Part shown: piece by piece, positions 41,201-54,451 of the stretch
Layout of the letters: every line of letters begins with the position of its first letter
Numbering within the stretch: position 1 is the first letter of the stretch
Translations under genes and position numbers: made by a program
Assembly: GCF_018350175.1 (NCBI RefSeq)
Contig: NC_058383.1
Coordinates: forward strand, 62,001 to 126,000
Source: Felis catus
Taxonomy: Eukaryota
Reading direction: 5' to 3'
Length of the DNA: 64,000 nucleotides
The notes under the pieces: generated by a model
The model's database searches: none
What the model saw: only the letters and a program-made list of their open reading frames with translations
What the model was told of the DNA's origin: nothing

Positions 41201-44200
41201 CAAAGTCCCTGGACTGATCCCTAACCCTAGCTAAGGCTCTCTCCCCATAGGGACCAAATACCAAAGTCTGACAACACCATACGCCTGGGGTCCAAAAATG
41301 GTACAGGGTCACACCCGACCCTGTGTGGCCTCCCCGACCAGGGGCCCATAGATTTGTGTGGCCTTGGAAGCCAGAAACTGATACTGGCCTGCTCCCTCCC
41401 TTGTGCCCTCATCTCAGCTCTTCGGGGAGACCACTCACTGTTTTGGTTTCAGCACCTGGAGCCTCCTGGGATCTAACCCTAACCCTAACCCTACCCCTAA
41501 CCAGAACCCTCCACCGAAACCTACACCGGCGTCAAACCCTAACCCTACACTTGAGCTGCCTGGTCGCATGGTCCCACACTTCAGCCCTCGAGGGAGATCA
41601 CGAGACTGGAGTCGCTTCGGCCCTGGCAATTCCCTGGACCAAACCCTAACCATAGCTATGGCCCCCCCCCCCCCCCGATTGGGACCTAATACCAAAGTAT
41701 GACAACACCACGTGCCTGGGGTCCAGAAGCGGTGCGGGGTTACTCGGCATGGAATCTGGAAGCTCACCATGTCATTTCCCAGTTCTGGCTGCAGCTGCCC
41801 AAGGGGATTCCTGAGACCTCCCTGACCAGGGGCTCAAAGACTTTTGTGGCCTGGAAGCCAGAGACTGATGCTGACTGGCACCTTCCCTTGTGTCTTCAAC
41901 TCAGCCCTTTGGGGAGAACACTGCACCCCTGTGGGTTCGATGCCTGTAGCCCCCTGGGACCTAACACTATCCCTAACCCTTCCCCTAACCAGAACCCTCC
42001 ACCGAAACCTAAGCCGGCTTCGATCCCTAACTCTACACTTTAGCTGCACCATCACATGGGCCCTCACTTCAGCCCTCGAGGGAGATCATGAGACTGCAGT
42101 TGCTTCAGCCCTGGCGACGTCTGTTACAGCCCTAACCCTAGCAAAGGCTCTCTTCCCAAACCAAATTTGGTTTGGGGCCCAAACCAAAATCGGACAACAC
42201 CATGCGCCTGCGGTTCAGAATCGTTGTGGGGTCACTCAGCATGGAACCTGGGAGCACCCATGTCGTTTCACGGCCCAGCTGCAGCTATCCGAGAGAATTC
42301 CTCAGCCCTCCCCGACCAGGGGCCCAGGGAGTTGTGTGGCCTTGGAAGCCAAACACTGATCCTGACCCGCACCCTCCCTTGGGCCCTCAACTTAGCCCTT
42401 CGAGGAGTCCACTACACTGCTGTGGTTTCAGCTCCTGGAGCCTCCTGGACCTAACTCTAAATCTAACCCTACCCCTAACCGGGATCCTCCACTGAAACCC
42501 AAGCCAGTCTGGAACAGTACTCCTACACTTGAGCCGCACTATCTTATGGGACCTCATGTCAGCCCACGAGGGAGATCACGAAACTGGAGTCCCTTTGGCC
42601 ATGGCGAAGTCCCTGGCCCGAACCTTAACCCTAGCTAAGGCTCTCTCCCCATGGGGCCCGAATACCAACATCTGAGAACACCACGCACCTTAGGTCCAGA
42701 AGCATTGCAGGGTCACTCCACATGGAACCTGGAAGTTCACCATATCATTTCACAGGCCCGGCTGCAGCTGCTCCAGAGAATTCCTGAGTCCTTCCCGACC
42801 TGTGGCCCATAGAATTTGTGGCCTTTGAATCCAAATTCTGATTCTGACCAGCACCCTCCTTTGTGCCCTCCACTCAGCCCTTCAGGGATACAACTGCAGT
42901 GCTCAGGCTTCAGCACTTGGAGCCTCCTGGGTCCTTACCCTAAACGTAAATCTAATCACAATGGTCAATGGAAACCTAACCCTTTCTGAGAGATTATCCT
43001 ACATTTGACCCTCCTCATCGTTTGGGCCCTCACTTCAACTCTTGAGGGATATAACGAGTCTAGATTTGCTTTCCCCCTGGGACAACCCTGGACTGAACTT
43101 CCAACCTAGCTAATACTCTCTCCCCATGGGTATCCAATACCAGATTCTGACAACACCATGCGCCTGGTCTCAGAAGAGATGAAGGATCATTGGACTAGAT
43201 CCTGGTACATTAGCATGTCGTTTCCAAGGCCTGGCTGCAGCTGCCTGAGAGTTTTCCTGATGCCTACCCAACTAGTGGCCCAACAGTTGACTGGTCTTGG
43301 AAACCAAAGACTAATATTGTCCAGCACCCTCCATTTTACCTTCAACTCAGGTCTTTGGGGAAACAACTGCACTGCTGTGGTTTTAGCCCCTTGAGTCTCC
43401 TGGGAAATAAACCTAACCCTAGCTCTAAGCTTATTCCTCAACCGAACCCTATTGTATAAATGAAGGTCATGAGACTGGAGTTGCTTCAGCCTTGGTGAAG
43501 TGCCTGGATCGAATCCTTAGCAATGTTAAGGCTCTCTCCCAATCAGGACCCAATTCCAATGTCTGACAACAGCACGTACATGGGTTCGAGTATCAGTACA
43601 GAAATACTCGGCATGGAACGTGGAACATCACCATGTCATTTCAAAAGCGCACCTGCAGCTGCACGAGATGATACCTGAGGCCTCCCTGAAGGGTTAACCA
43701 TATTTTGTCTGGTCTTGGAACCCACGCCTATTCCTAACTCGTACCCTCCCTGTGTTCTCCACGCAGCCCTTCGAGCAGACAATTGCTCTCCTGTGGGGTC
43801 AGTGCCTGGAGCCTCCTCGGACATAACCCTAACCCTAACCTTAACCCTTACCATAAACCTCAACCTGCACCTAACCCTATCTGTCACAGTAACTCTACAG
43901 CAGATGCGCATATGCCCTCACTTCAGCCTTCCATTTAATTCACAACACTTGTGTCATTTCAGCCATGGTGATGTCCCTGGTCGAAATCTAACCCTAGCTA
44001 CGGCTGTCTCCCCATGGGAACCCAATTTCACAGTCTGACAACAGCACACACATGGGTTCGTAAATTGGTGCGGAAATACTCAGCATGGAACCTGAAATAT
44101 CACCATGCCATTTCCAAACCACGACTGCATCTACAAAAAAGTATTTCTGAGACCTACTCGAAAGGCGTCCCTTAGAGTTGGCTGGTCTTGGTACCCAAAG

Positions 44201-44358
44201 ACTAATCCTGACTGGACCCTCCATTGTGTACTCCACTCAGCCCTTCATGGATGCAAGTGCACTGTTGGGGTTTCAGTGCCTGAAACCTCCTGGGACCTAA
44301 CCCCAATCCTAACCCTTACCCTAACCATAACCATCAACCTACCCCTAAACCTATCTCA
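32295..44358 (+). repeat. FA-SAT major felid satellite array, ~25 monomers of ~460-490 bp
   Basis: GGAACCTGGAAG-like landmarks at about 32792, 33264, 33722, 34208, 34685, 35168, 35648 and onward to 44086; each monomer has (TAACCC)n runs and CACTTCAGCCCTCGAGGGAGATCACGAGAC; size and TAACCC content fit the known ~483-bp FA-SAT. Confidence 0.92.
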
Positions 44359-47300
44359 TTAAAAAGAACAACAGAATCATAGCGTCCCAATGATAAAGAG
44401 AGAGAAAAGGGGTAGAAGTGTTAAGTTAACAAATCATAGCAGATAATTTTTCTTACCTGGGAAAAGGCACAGACATTAAAATCCAGGAAGCACAGAAGTC
44501 TCTCATTAGATTCAAGAAAAACACACAAGTAAAAGAAATATTATATTCAAAGTCAGAAAATACTCAGGCAAGGAAAGAATCATGAAAGCAGCAGGGAAAA
44601 AAGTCCTTAACAAACAATGGAAGACAGATCAGATTAGCAGCACACCTATTAACGGAGACTTGGCAGGGCAGAAAAGAGTGGCAAGGTATACTCAATGTGC
44701 TGAATCAGAAAACTAGCAGCTAAGAATTCCTTATCCAGCAAGTCTGTCATTCAATATAGAAGGACAGATTAAAAGTTTCCCAGAAAAACAAAATTTAAAG
44801 GAGTTCGCGACCACTAAACAAGTCCTCAAGGAATTTTCAGGGGGACTCTCTGAGGAATAAAAGATGTAAAAAAGAAAAAAAAAACACGAAAAGTACCAAA
44901 GACTGGATAGCACAAAAAACACCACCACAAAATCCAACTCTACAAGACACATAATGACAATAATCTCATATCTTTGAGTACTCACTCTAAACGTCAGTGG
45001 AATAAATGCTCCAATCAAAAGACATAGGGTAACAGAGTGGGGAAAAAAAGAAGATCCATCTATATGCTGTTTACAAGATACCCACATGAGACCTAAAGAC
45101 ACCTTCAGATTGAAAGTAAGGGTATGGAGAACCATCTATCATGCTAATGGTCGCCAAAGAAAGCCAGAGTAACCATACTCATATGAGACAATCTAGACTT
45201 TAAAAAAAAGACTGTAACAAGAATAAAGAAGGATGTTGCATCATAATTGAGGGGGCCTATCCACCAACAAGACTTAACAATTGTAAACATTTATGCTCCC
45301 AATGTGAAAGCACCCAAAAATATAAATCAATTAATCACAAATATAAAGAAGATCATTGATAATAAAACCATAATAGTATGGGACTTCAACACCCCATTCT
45401 AGCAAAAGAAAGATCATTTAAACAGAAAATCAACAGACAATGGATTTGAGTGAGACACTGGACCAGATGGATTTAACAGATATATTCAGAACATTTCTTC
45501 CTAAAGCAGCAGAATATACATTCTTCTCCAGGGCACATGGAACGTCTGCAGAATAGATATCATACTGGAAACAAATAAGCCCTCAAGAAGTTCAAAAAGT
45601 TCGAGATCATGCCATGCGTATTATCAGACCACAATGCTATGAAACTCAAAATCAACCACAAGAAAAAATTTGGAAAGAAAACAAATACTTGGAGACTAAA
45701 GAACATACTACTAAAGAATGAATGGTGGAATGCAAGCTGGTGCAGCCACTCTGTAAAAACAGTATGGAGGTTCTTCAAAAAACTAAAAACAGAACTACTC
45801 TACGACCCAACAATTGCACTGTTAGGCATTTATCCAAGGGATACAGGTGTGCTGATTCGAAGGAACACATGCACCACCCCCATGATTATAGCAGCACTAT
45901 CAACAATAGCCAAAGTATGGAAAGAGCCTACATGTCCATCAATGGATAAATGGATAAAGAAGAAGTGGTACATATATACAAAGGTGTGTTACTCAGCAAT
46001 CAAAAAGACTGAAATCTTGCCATTTGCAACTATATGGATTGAACTGTAGTGTATTATGTTAAGTGTAATTAGTCAGTCAGAGAAAGACAGAAACCATATG
46101 ACTTCACTCACATGAGGACTTTAAGAGACAAAACTTATGAACGTAAGGGAAGGGAAACAAAAATAAAATAAAAACAGTGAGGGGTCAAAACAGAATTAAC
46201 TCAAAACTATGTAGAACAGACAGAGGGTTACTGTACGGGATGTGGGAGGGGGTTGGGCTCAATGGGTAAGGGGCATTAAGGAATCTACTCATGAAATCAC
46301 TGTTGCACTATATGCTAACCAATTGGGATGTGAACTTTAAAAAATAAAAAATAAAATTAAAAAAAAAGGAATGAATGGTTGAACCAAGAAGTTAAAGAGA
46401 AAATTTAAAAGTACATGGAAGCAATGAAACTGATAACACCACACCTCAAAACCTCTGGGATTCAGCAAAGGTAGTCATAAGAGGAAGTTTATAGCAATCT
46501 AGGCCTTCAAAAAGAAGTAAGAAAGTCTCAGATACACAACCTAACCTTATATCTTAAAGAGCTGGAAAAAGAACAACAACAACAAAAAAAAAAACAGCAG
46601 AAGGCAAGAAATGATAAAGATTACAGCAAAAATCAATGCTATCAAAACTGAAAACAAAACAAAAACACACACAGAAAAAACAACAACATATAACCCCACA
46701 CAAAACAAACTAACAAACAGTAGAACAGATCAATGAAACCAGAAGCTGTTTCTTTGAAATAATTAATAAAATTGATAAACCCCTAGCCAGTTGGATCAAA
46801 AAGAAAAAGGAAAGGACCCAAATAAATAAAATCAAGAATGAAAGAGGAGAGATCACAACCAACACAGCAGAAATACGAACAATGATAAGAGAATATTATC
46901 AGCAAATATATGCCAATAAAATCGCCAATCTGGAAGAAACGGACAAGTTTCTACAAATATATAATCTACCAAAACTGAAAAAGGAAGAAATAGAAAACTT
47001 GAACAGACCCATAACCAGCAAAGACATTGAATTAGTAATCAAACATATCCCAAAAAACAAGAGCCCAGGTCCAGATGGCTTTCCAGCGGTATTCTACCAA
47101 ACATTTAAGGAAGAGTTAACACCTATGCTCTTGAAGCTGTCCCCAAAAAAGAAGTGGAAGGAAAACTTCCCAACATTTTCTCTGAACCTAGTATTACCTT
47201 GATTCCAAAACCAGAAAAGGACCCACTAAAAAGGAGAAGTATAGACAAATTTTCATGATGAACATGGACACAAACATCTCCCACAAGATATGAACCAACC

Positions 47301-49345
47301 AGACCCAACAATACATTTAAACGTTATTCACCAAGACCAAAAGGGATTCATACCTGGAATTTAAAGCTGGCTCAATATCCACTAAACAATGTGACTTATC
47401 ACATCAATAAAAGAAAGGACAAGAACCACATGATCCTCTCAATAGATGCAGGGAAATCATTTGACAAAAATACAGCATCCTTTCTTGATAAAAAGCCTCA
47501 AGAAAGTAGGGATAGAAGGATCATACATCAAGATCATAAAAGGCATGTGTGAAAGACCCGACTCTAAGATCATCCTCAATGGAGCAAAACTGAGACCTTT
47601 CCTACTAAGGTCAGGAACAAGACAAGGATGTCCACTCTCATCACTGGTATTCAACATAATATGGGAAGTCTTAGCCTCATCAATCAGACAACACAAAGAA
47701 ATAAAAGGCATCCAAATCATCCAGGAGGATATCAATCTTTCACTCTTCGTAGATGGCATGAAATTCTATGTGGAAATATAAAATAGTGCACCAAAAAACT
47801 GCTAGAAATAATACATGAATTCAGCAAAGTGGAAGGATATAACATCAATGCACAGAAATCAGTTGCATTCCTATGCACTAACAATGAAGCAACAGAAAGA
47901 GAAAACAGGGAATCGATCCCATTAACAATTGCACCAAAAACCATACAATACCTAGGAATATATCTAACCAAAGAGGTGAAAAATCTATACACTGAAAACT
48001 ATAGAAAGCTTAGGAAAGAAATTGCAGATGACAAACACACAAAAAGGAAAAATATTGCATGCTCCTGGATAGGAAGAACAATTATTGTTAAAATGTCGAT
48101 AGTACTCAGAGCAATGTATATATTCAACACAATACCTATCAAAATAACACCAGCATTCTTCACAGAGCTACAACAAAGAATCCTACAGTATGCATGGAAC
48201 CAGAAAAGACCCTGAATAGCCAAAGCTATCTTGGAAAGGAAAACCAAAGTAGGAGGCATCACGATCCTGGACTTCAAGCTGTATTACAAAGTTTTAATCA
48301 CCAAGACAGTATGGTCCTGGCACAAGAACAGACACTCAGATCAATGGAAGAGAATATGAACACAGAAATGGACCCACAGACGTGTGGCCAACTAATCTTT
48401 GACAAGGAAGGAAAGAATATCCAATGGAATAAAGACAGTCTCCTCAGCAAGAGTGCTGAGAAAACTGGACAGCGACATGAGAAGAATGAGTATAGACCAC
48501 TTTCTCACACTAAAAATGGATGAAAGACACTCAAATGGATGAAAGACCTAAATGTAACATAGGAAGCCATCAAAACCCTTGAGGAGAAAGCTGACAGAAA
48601 CCTCTTTGATGTTTGCTCCCACAACTTCTTAGTCAACAAGTCTCTGGAGGCAAGGGAAACAAAAGCAAAAATGAACTATTAGCACCTCATTAAAATAAAA
48701 CGCTTCTGAACAGAGAAGGAAACAATCGGCATAACTAAAAGGCAACCAACAGAAAGGGAGAAAATATTTGCAAATGACATATGAGATAAAGGATTAGTAT
48801 TCAAAATCTATAAAGAACATATCGAACTCAACACCCAAAAAACAAGTAATCCAGTGAAGAAATGGGCAAAGACATGAGAAAACACTTCTCCAAGGATGAC
48901 ATACAGATGGCCAAATGAGACATGAAAAAATGCTCAACATCACTCATCATCAGGGAAATACAAATCAAAACCACAATGAGATAACACCTCACTCCTGTGA
49001 GAATGGCTAACTTTAACAACTCAGGCAACAACAGATGTTGGCGGGGAAGCGGTGAAAGAGGAACTCTTGCACTGCTGGCAGGAATGCAAAGTGGTACAGT
49101 CACTCTGGAAACCAGTAGGTAGGTTCCTCACAAAATGAAAAAGAGGACTACCCTAACCCAGCAGTAGCACTACTAGGTATTGATCCAAGAGATACAGATA
49201 TGCTATTTCGAAGGGACAAGTGAACCCCAAAGTTTATAGCAGCACTATCAACAAAAGCTAAAGTATGGAAAAAGCCCAAATGTCCATTGATGGATGAATG
49301 GATAAAAAGATGTGGTATATATATGTATGTATATATACATACACA
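44359..49345 (+). mobile_element. L1 truncated at both ends (mid-ORF1 to start of 3'UTR), decayed
   Basis: ORF pieces [26 protein letters not shown] and QTCGQLIFDK; abuts FA-SAT directly. Confidence 0.92.
45727..46365 (+). mobile_element. Short 5'-truncated L1 3' end nested in the host L1 ORF2
   Basis: TSD AA(A/G)GAATGAATGGT at 45713-45726 and 46366-46379; ends in an A-rich tail. Confidence 0.88.
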
Positions 49346-49939
49346 ATTGAGTATTAGCAACCCAAAGAATAGTTGTACAACTCGCATGAATGCAAATATA
49401 CTTTTTAAAACAAAGCTCATTCTGAAATAGACAATCTATGCAGAAAAATCCTAAGTTCTATTTCCAACAACCAGCTCCACCCAAAGAAAGAACAATACTC
49501 TCTTAAGTATAAATAACTGACTTTCAAAGTCTACTACGGTTTTCACCAATACAGCTCAGCCATGTTACCAAGAACACATGGTAAACTCTTACAACAAAGG
49601 AAATGACCTTTTACTCTATATTGTAGGAAAAAATAACAGCTATTATCTTGACATTATGAATTCATTGTATAATCCAGACCTGTTACAAAGGAATCAAACT
49701 CTCTCAGTTTTCTTGCTGGCTAAATTTTGCAAAGGGACGAATGCATTTATATAATCAATAAGGATAACAGAAGTTGCAGCAGTAAAAAATAAAAGGATGT
49801 GATATTGTAATTCAACCTGAGGGTATAATTACTCAGATACTAAACTTAATCCCATTTCCTGGAATGTGACAGCAGCTTTACATGTACCGTTGCTTATAAT
49901 ATACAAGGCTGAAGTATGGCCTTTCCCCGTTCATCTTGG

Positions 49940-50115
49940 GGACAGTGTGGTAGATGAAAGAAAGTGGGCTTTGGAGCCCATGAGAACAAAGTTATCCAAA
50001 GAACAGCACTTACTAGTACTGTGATCTCAGGAACATGACCTACTCTTTCTTGAGCTTCAGATTGTGGATTTTCAAAATGAAAATAATCATACTTACCTCA
50101 CCTAGATGTTGTGAT
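49940..50115 (+). mobile_element. MIR SINE
   Basis: GGGCTTTGGAG...CTGTGATCTCAGG...AAAATGAAAATAAT...TACCTCA...GTTGTG core. Confidence 0.7.
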
Positions 50116-50324
50116 GCCCATGCTAAGGATGTAATTCCAGTGCCAGCCAGGAACTTGGAGTATAGAGGTAGAGGGAAGATGCAAGCCTATACAAATAAAT
50201 AAACAGAGTTATAACTTAGGCTAAGGGCAAACTGGGATTAGCACTGTGTGAGCAAATAAAGGGAAAAAGGGCATAGAGAAAAAAAAAACATGTAGGTAGT
50301 GACTAGGTACAACAGACAGAAAAC

Positions 50325-50900
50325 TGTTATGGAATGCTTTTGCCCCCTAAGTCCATATATTGAAGTCCTAACTACCCATGGGACTGTACTTGGATACCAG
50401 ATCTTGAAAGGTAAAGTAGAGGTCGAATGAGCTCAATTGCTGGGAGGGACCCTAATCTGATAACTGGTGTCCTATAGGAAGAGAGTGGGCACCTACACAC
50501 ATAGAAGGAAGACCACGTGAAGACAGTGGGAAGGAGGTCGTCCACCAGTCATGAACACAGGACACCCACCCTGGCCACACCTTGATCTAAAGTGTGAGAA
50601 AATTGGGGGCGCCTGGGTCGCTCAGTCGGTTAAGTGTCCGACTTTGGCTCATGATCTCGCGGTTCATGAGTTCAAACCCCGTGTCGGGCTCTGTGATGAC
50701 AGCTCAGAGCCTGGAGCCTGTTTCAGATTCTGTGTCTCCATCTCTCTCTCTGACCCTCCCCCATTCATGCTCTGTCTCTGTCTCAAAAATAAATAAACGT
50801 TAAGAAAAATACAGTGTGAGAAAATAAATAAATCAATTTCTGTGGCTTAAGCCACCCAGTCTGTGGTACATTGTGATTGTGGACCCAGCAAAGTAATATG
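50325..50900 (+). mobile_element. MLT1 (MaLR) solo LTR interrupted by a SINE
   Basis: TGTTATGGAATG...TGAAGTCCTAAC...; AAGCCACCCAGTCTGTGGTA...CAGCAAAGTAATA end. Confidence 0.8.
50605..50808 (+). mobile_element. CanSINE (SINEC_Fc-like)
   Basis: Canonical head and tail; TSD AGTGTGAGAAAAT on both sides. Confidence 0.93.
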
Positions 50901-50909
50901 AAATCCCAA

Positions 50910-52145
50910 TATTTACTTGCTCAGCAAATGGTGTTTGAGCCTTTGAAGGAGTTAGACACTGATCTAGGGCCCTACAGAAACATCCCTAAACAAGCTAGTT
51001 TGGTCTTTGCACCCCATGGAGCCGACATTCTGGCAGGGACTGCAGTAGGCGACATCCCGCAAGCAAGAAAGAAAAACAGATGGTGCCAAGGGCCGGGAAG
51101 AAAAGAAAGCTGGGGAGGGATATCAGGTGTTCATGTCGGAGAAGGAGCAGCTTTCGGTTTTAGATAGAGAGCTAGCAGAGACTCCACTGTGCAGGTGATG
51201 TCAGAGCAAAGATATGACGGAAATGATGGAGAATGCCATGTTGGTCTGTGGGAGAACATTCCGGACAGAGAGAGGAAAAGTGAGTGCAAAGACCTGAAGC
51301 AGGAATACGTGCCTGACATGCTCAGGGAGCAGGGAGGGGGCAGGTGTGGCCGCAGCTTAGTAAACAAGGGGAGGGGAATAGGAGAAGGCTTCAGGGAGGA
51401 AGCAGAGTCTGGGGAGGGTAGCACCTTTGTGGTATACATTGGAGTCAGTAGTCTGGAGACATGAAGAGCTGGGGGCAGGGCATAAAGACTTGGAGGCCCC
51501 AGCTGCTGGTAGATAGAAGCCTGAGGCTGGCTGCCATGACATCAGAGTAAGGGTGGACTGAAAGCAGATGGGGGAGGGTGTGGGAAGAAGATGAGTACCA
51601 ACAAACACAGACACTGGTGAGAAGTGGCCCGGATGGTGGGAGGAGGACGGAAGTAATTTTTAAAGAAAGGGAGTAATCAAGTGAGTCTGTAAAATGGTGC
51701 CACGTCGTCCACATACTGGGGGTTGAGACTTCACTGTGAGCTTTAGCGATGTATGTCATTCATTAAAGAGATGAGAACTAGGGACGAGCGGGAGAGGAAG
51801 CCCATTCAGACTCAGCTGACAGAGACAAGGGAAGGTCTGCAGGCACCGGCACATGCAATGCTAGGCATAGGAAGACCAAACAGGTGGTGCTGGATGGGAA
51901 GTGATTGCTCCCCATGGGCTGGGAGAAATAGCTGCAGGTGCACAGGATGGCCGGGTCCTGAGAAAACTCGCGGTATGCAGAAGAGAGAGAAACGGTATGG
52001 GAAGCATGTTAGCAAGACATGGATTCCTCCCTTAGGAATACGACCCAACTGTGTCAACGGGACACCAGCCACAGCCATGGGGATAGATGTGGCAAGGTGG
52101 ACGGCTGTGAGGTTGTTGGGAATGTGTGTGATTGGGAAACATGAT
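50910..52145 (-). mobile_element. L2 fragments
   Basis: CCCCATGGAGCCGACATTCTGG, GAGAACATTCCGGACAGAGAG...AGTGCAAAGACCTGA, typical of antisense L2 3' ends. Confidence 0.6.
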
Positions 52146-52269
52146 AAAGATGCCCTACATTCTCTCTGCCTGTAGAATGGGATCATGGCCAGCATTTCAA
52201 TACTGATGCACACTAGAAACAGAGCATCAAGCCCTCCATAGGGACTCCCAAGTTGTCCTCTTACAGCAG

Positions 52270-52550
52270 ACATTCCCACCTCCTTCCTGCACCCATCAAC
52301 TTTGTGATGCCTGGCAATCCCGATCTGCTAACCATTTTTATGATTTTGTCACATCGAGAAGATTATACAAATTGAATCGAAAAGCACGTGATCTTTTTAG
52401 GATTCGCTTTTCCACTCTGGGCATAATTCTCCAGAGATTCGGTCCTGCTGCAGTGTCTCTCAGCAGTGCGTGCCCTGGCACTGCTCACAGGTGTGCGCCC
52501 ACCACACGGGGATAGCATGGTTTGGCTGTCTCCCTATGGAAGGACACTTT
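52270..52550 (-). mobile_element. Ancient L1M 3'UTR fragment
   Basis: CCTGGCAATCCCGATCTGCT...TTTTGTC...GAATC...TTTTCCACT pattern. Confidence 0.5.
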
Positions 52551-52960
52551 GTACTAGGCTGTTCAATGGCACTCAAAGAAAGCAAGTCCTAATAGCTGGA
52601 ATCTAACTCCCATCGATGGGATCTAGTTAAGGATCTTGAGTCCTGGGTTGCCTGAGCGAGCCCTAGACGGAATGATGAGCATTCTTAGAGAGGCAAAGGG
52701 AGACTTGACAAATAGGAGGCACTGTGACCATGGAGACAGACTGGGGTGATGTGGTCACAAGCCAAGGGAGGTTGGTGGCCACTGGGAGCTACTAGATGGA
52801 AGGGGTACACTGTCCCCTGGAACCCTGGAGTCTCCACCGGGAGTAGAGCCCTGGTGACACCTTAGTCTCAGTAAAGGGAATTCGGGTTCCTGGCCTCCAG
52901 AACTCTGAGAGAACATGATTTTGTTCCCATAAGCCATCAAGATTGTGGTAAAAGAGCAGG
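52551..52960 (+). mobile_element. MLT1 (MaLR) LTR
   Basis: GGTCACAAGCCAAGG, GCCCTGGTGACACCTTAG, CTGGCCTCCAGAACT...TAAGCCA...TTGTGGTA. Confidence 0.78.
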
Positions 52961-54085
52961 TGTGCGCACAACAGGCCCCCATTCCCATCTCCCTTGGACT
53001 TTGGAGTCTTCCTTCCCTGAGAAAGTCAGGGAAGTTCTGGCATTTCAACCTAGCTGACTGCAGGCAGCCATTGAGTCATTATTATGACTATTCCCCATTC
53101 TCCAGGCAACATATTAAATTATATTTCCTGCAGGAAGAACCGTGTATCCATGTCTGGCCTATCTTATGTCACCCTCTTTGGTGTAATACTCTTCGAACCT
53201 ACTCCCATACTTGTCCCCCATCTACTACCAGTGCGAAATGGTAATATCCTGCAACTCCCCTGCATAGACACCTGATCACGCGTGGACCTGATCCCACACC
53301 TCCGTTTGGAGTACACTGGAATCCCTCTATTCTCCAGGAAGTAAACACAGATGGTAGACGTGGAATGTGAAGATCACTGTTCTCGGTCATGACAGTATTG
53401 TCTTAGATGAAGCCATTGAAACCTTTTCTCTAGGGGTTCTGGGGTGGGATAGGACTATTTTCCTCAGACAGGGGAGTTGCTTCTCTTGGCAACAAACACA
53501 AGATACTCACTTCATGAAGTCATACGTTTTCTGGTGTTTTTCCCTTGCTTTCAACCTCTCCTATTTCCTGCGTATACACCAGACACCCAAAACTGACCCC
53601 GGACAGGCTCTGTAACTGCCCCCCATGGCCACAGTGACAACTCCACCCATGATCCTCCAGAGTGCTGTCCTCCATCACTCCACACCAGCACTAGTGGTAA
53701 TGTGAGCAAATGTGAAATGACCTCTTACCACCAATGTCCAGTATCCACTTCTGCCATCAAGGAAGCTACTTGTATGACTTCTACTGGAAGAGCAGTCCAG
53801 TCCGAGTTCCAGTTCCAACCGGTTTCCTGTGGCCACTCATGGTACAAATTACCACTGGTACAGGACTGCGACAGAGGCAGACAGCACACCCAAAAGAAGT
53901 GAGTGAAGAGCAGTGCAAAGGTAAGGGAACCTCCAGGAGATGGTGGAGAGGCCAAAGCAGCCATGCTAAGCAAAGACAAGATGTTTCCACCAAGAAGAAA
54001 CTGCAAAGAAAAGTGGTTCCTGATCCTGTAATATTTATCTGGAGAGGAGAGTCTTGTGGGGAGGTGTAATGCAGAGGAACACGAC

Positions 54086-54165
54086 TACAGAAGCTCCCTG
54101 TTATCCATGGGGATATGTCCGGAGACCCCAGGTGGGTCCCAGAAACCATGACAGTACAAACACTG
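54086..54165 (+). mobile_element. MER44/Tigger-family DNA transposon 5' fragment
   Basis: TACAG....CCC..TTATCCATGGGGATATGT...AGACCCC...GG...CC.GAAACC resembles the recalled MER44 terminal sequence. Confidence 0.55.
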
Positions 54166-54451
54166 TAGTGGCCATGAAGGCGTGCTGGCGCCACAACCCT
54201 ACATAAACCACGAAGGGGCACAGGTGGCTCTCCCCTACATAGCCCAGGAAGGGACACAGGCGTGACATATATACAAGGCCAATGAAGGGGCACAGAAGGG
54301 CTGCAAGCATCAGACCCCTGCATTGCCGATGTAGGGGTATCAAGGCTGTCCTTGAAGGTCAAAATATATGATTCACACACTGTAGGTGTCTGTTAGAGAT
54401 ATGGCCATGAGCATTCGTAGTAGATCTCAGGCACTGGTATATGATCTTAAG

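Noticed and set aside
32443..44362. Many Pro/Leu/Thr-rich ORFs of up to 213 aa
   Set aside because: Translations of FA-SAT monomers; PNPNP and LTLTL come from TAACCC repeats
53781..54380. 199-aa minus-strand ORF
   Set aside because: Crosses minisatellite, a MER44-like fragment and unique DNA; no recognisable domain
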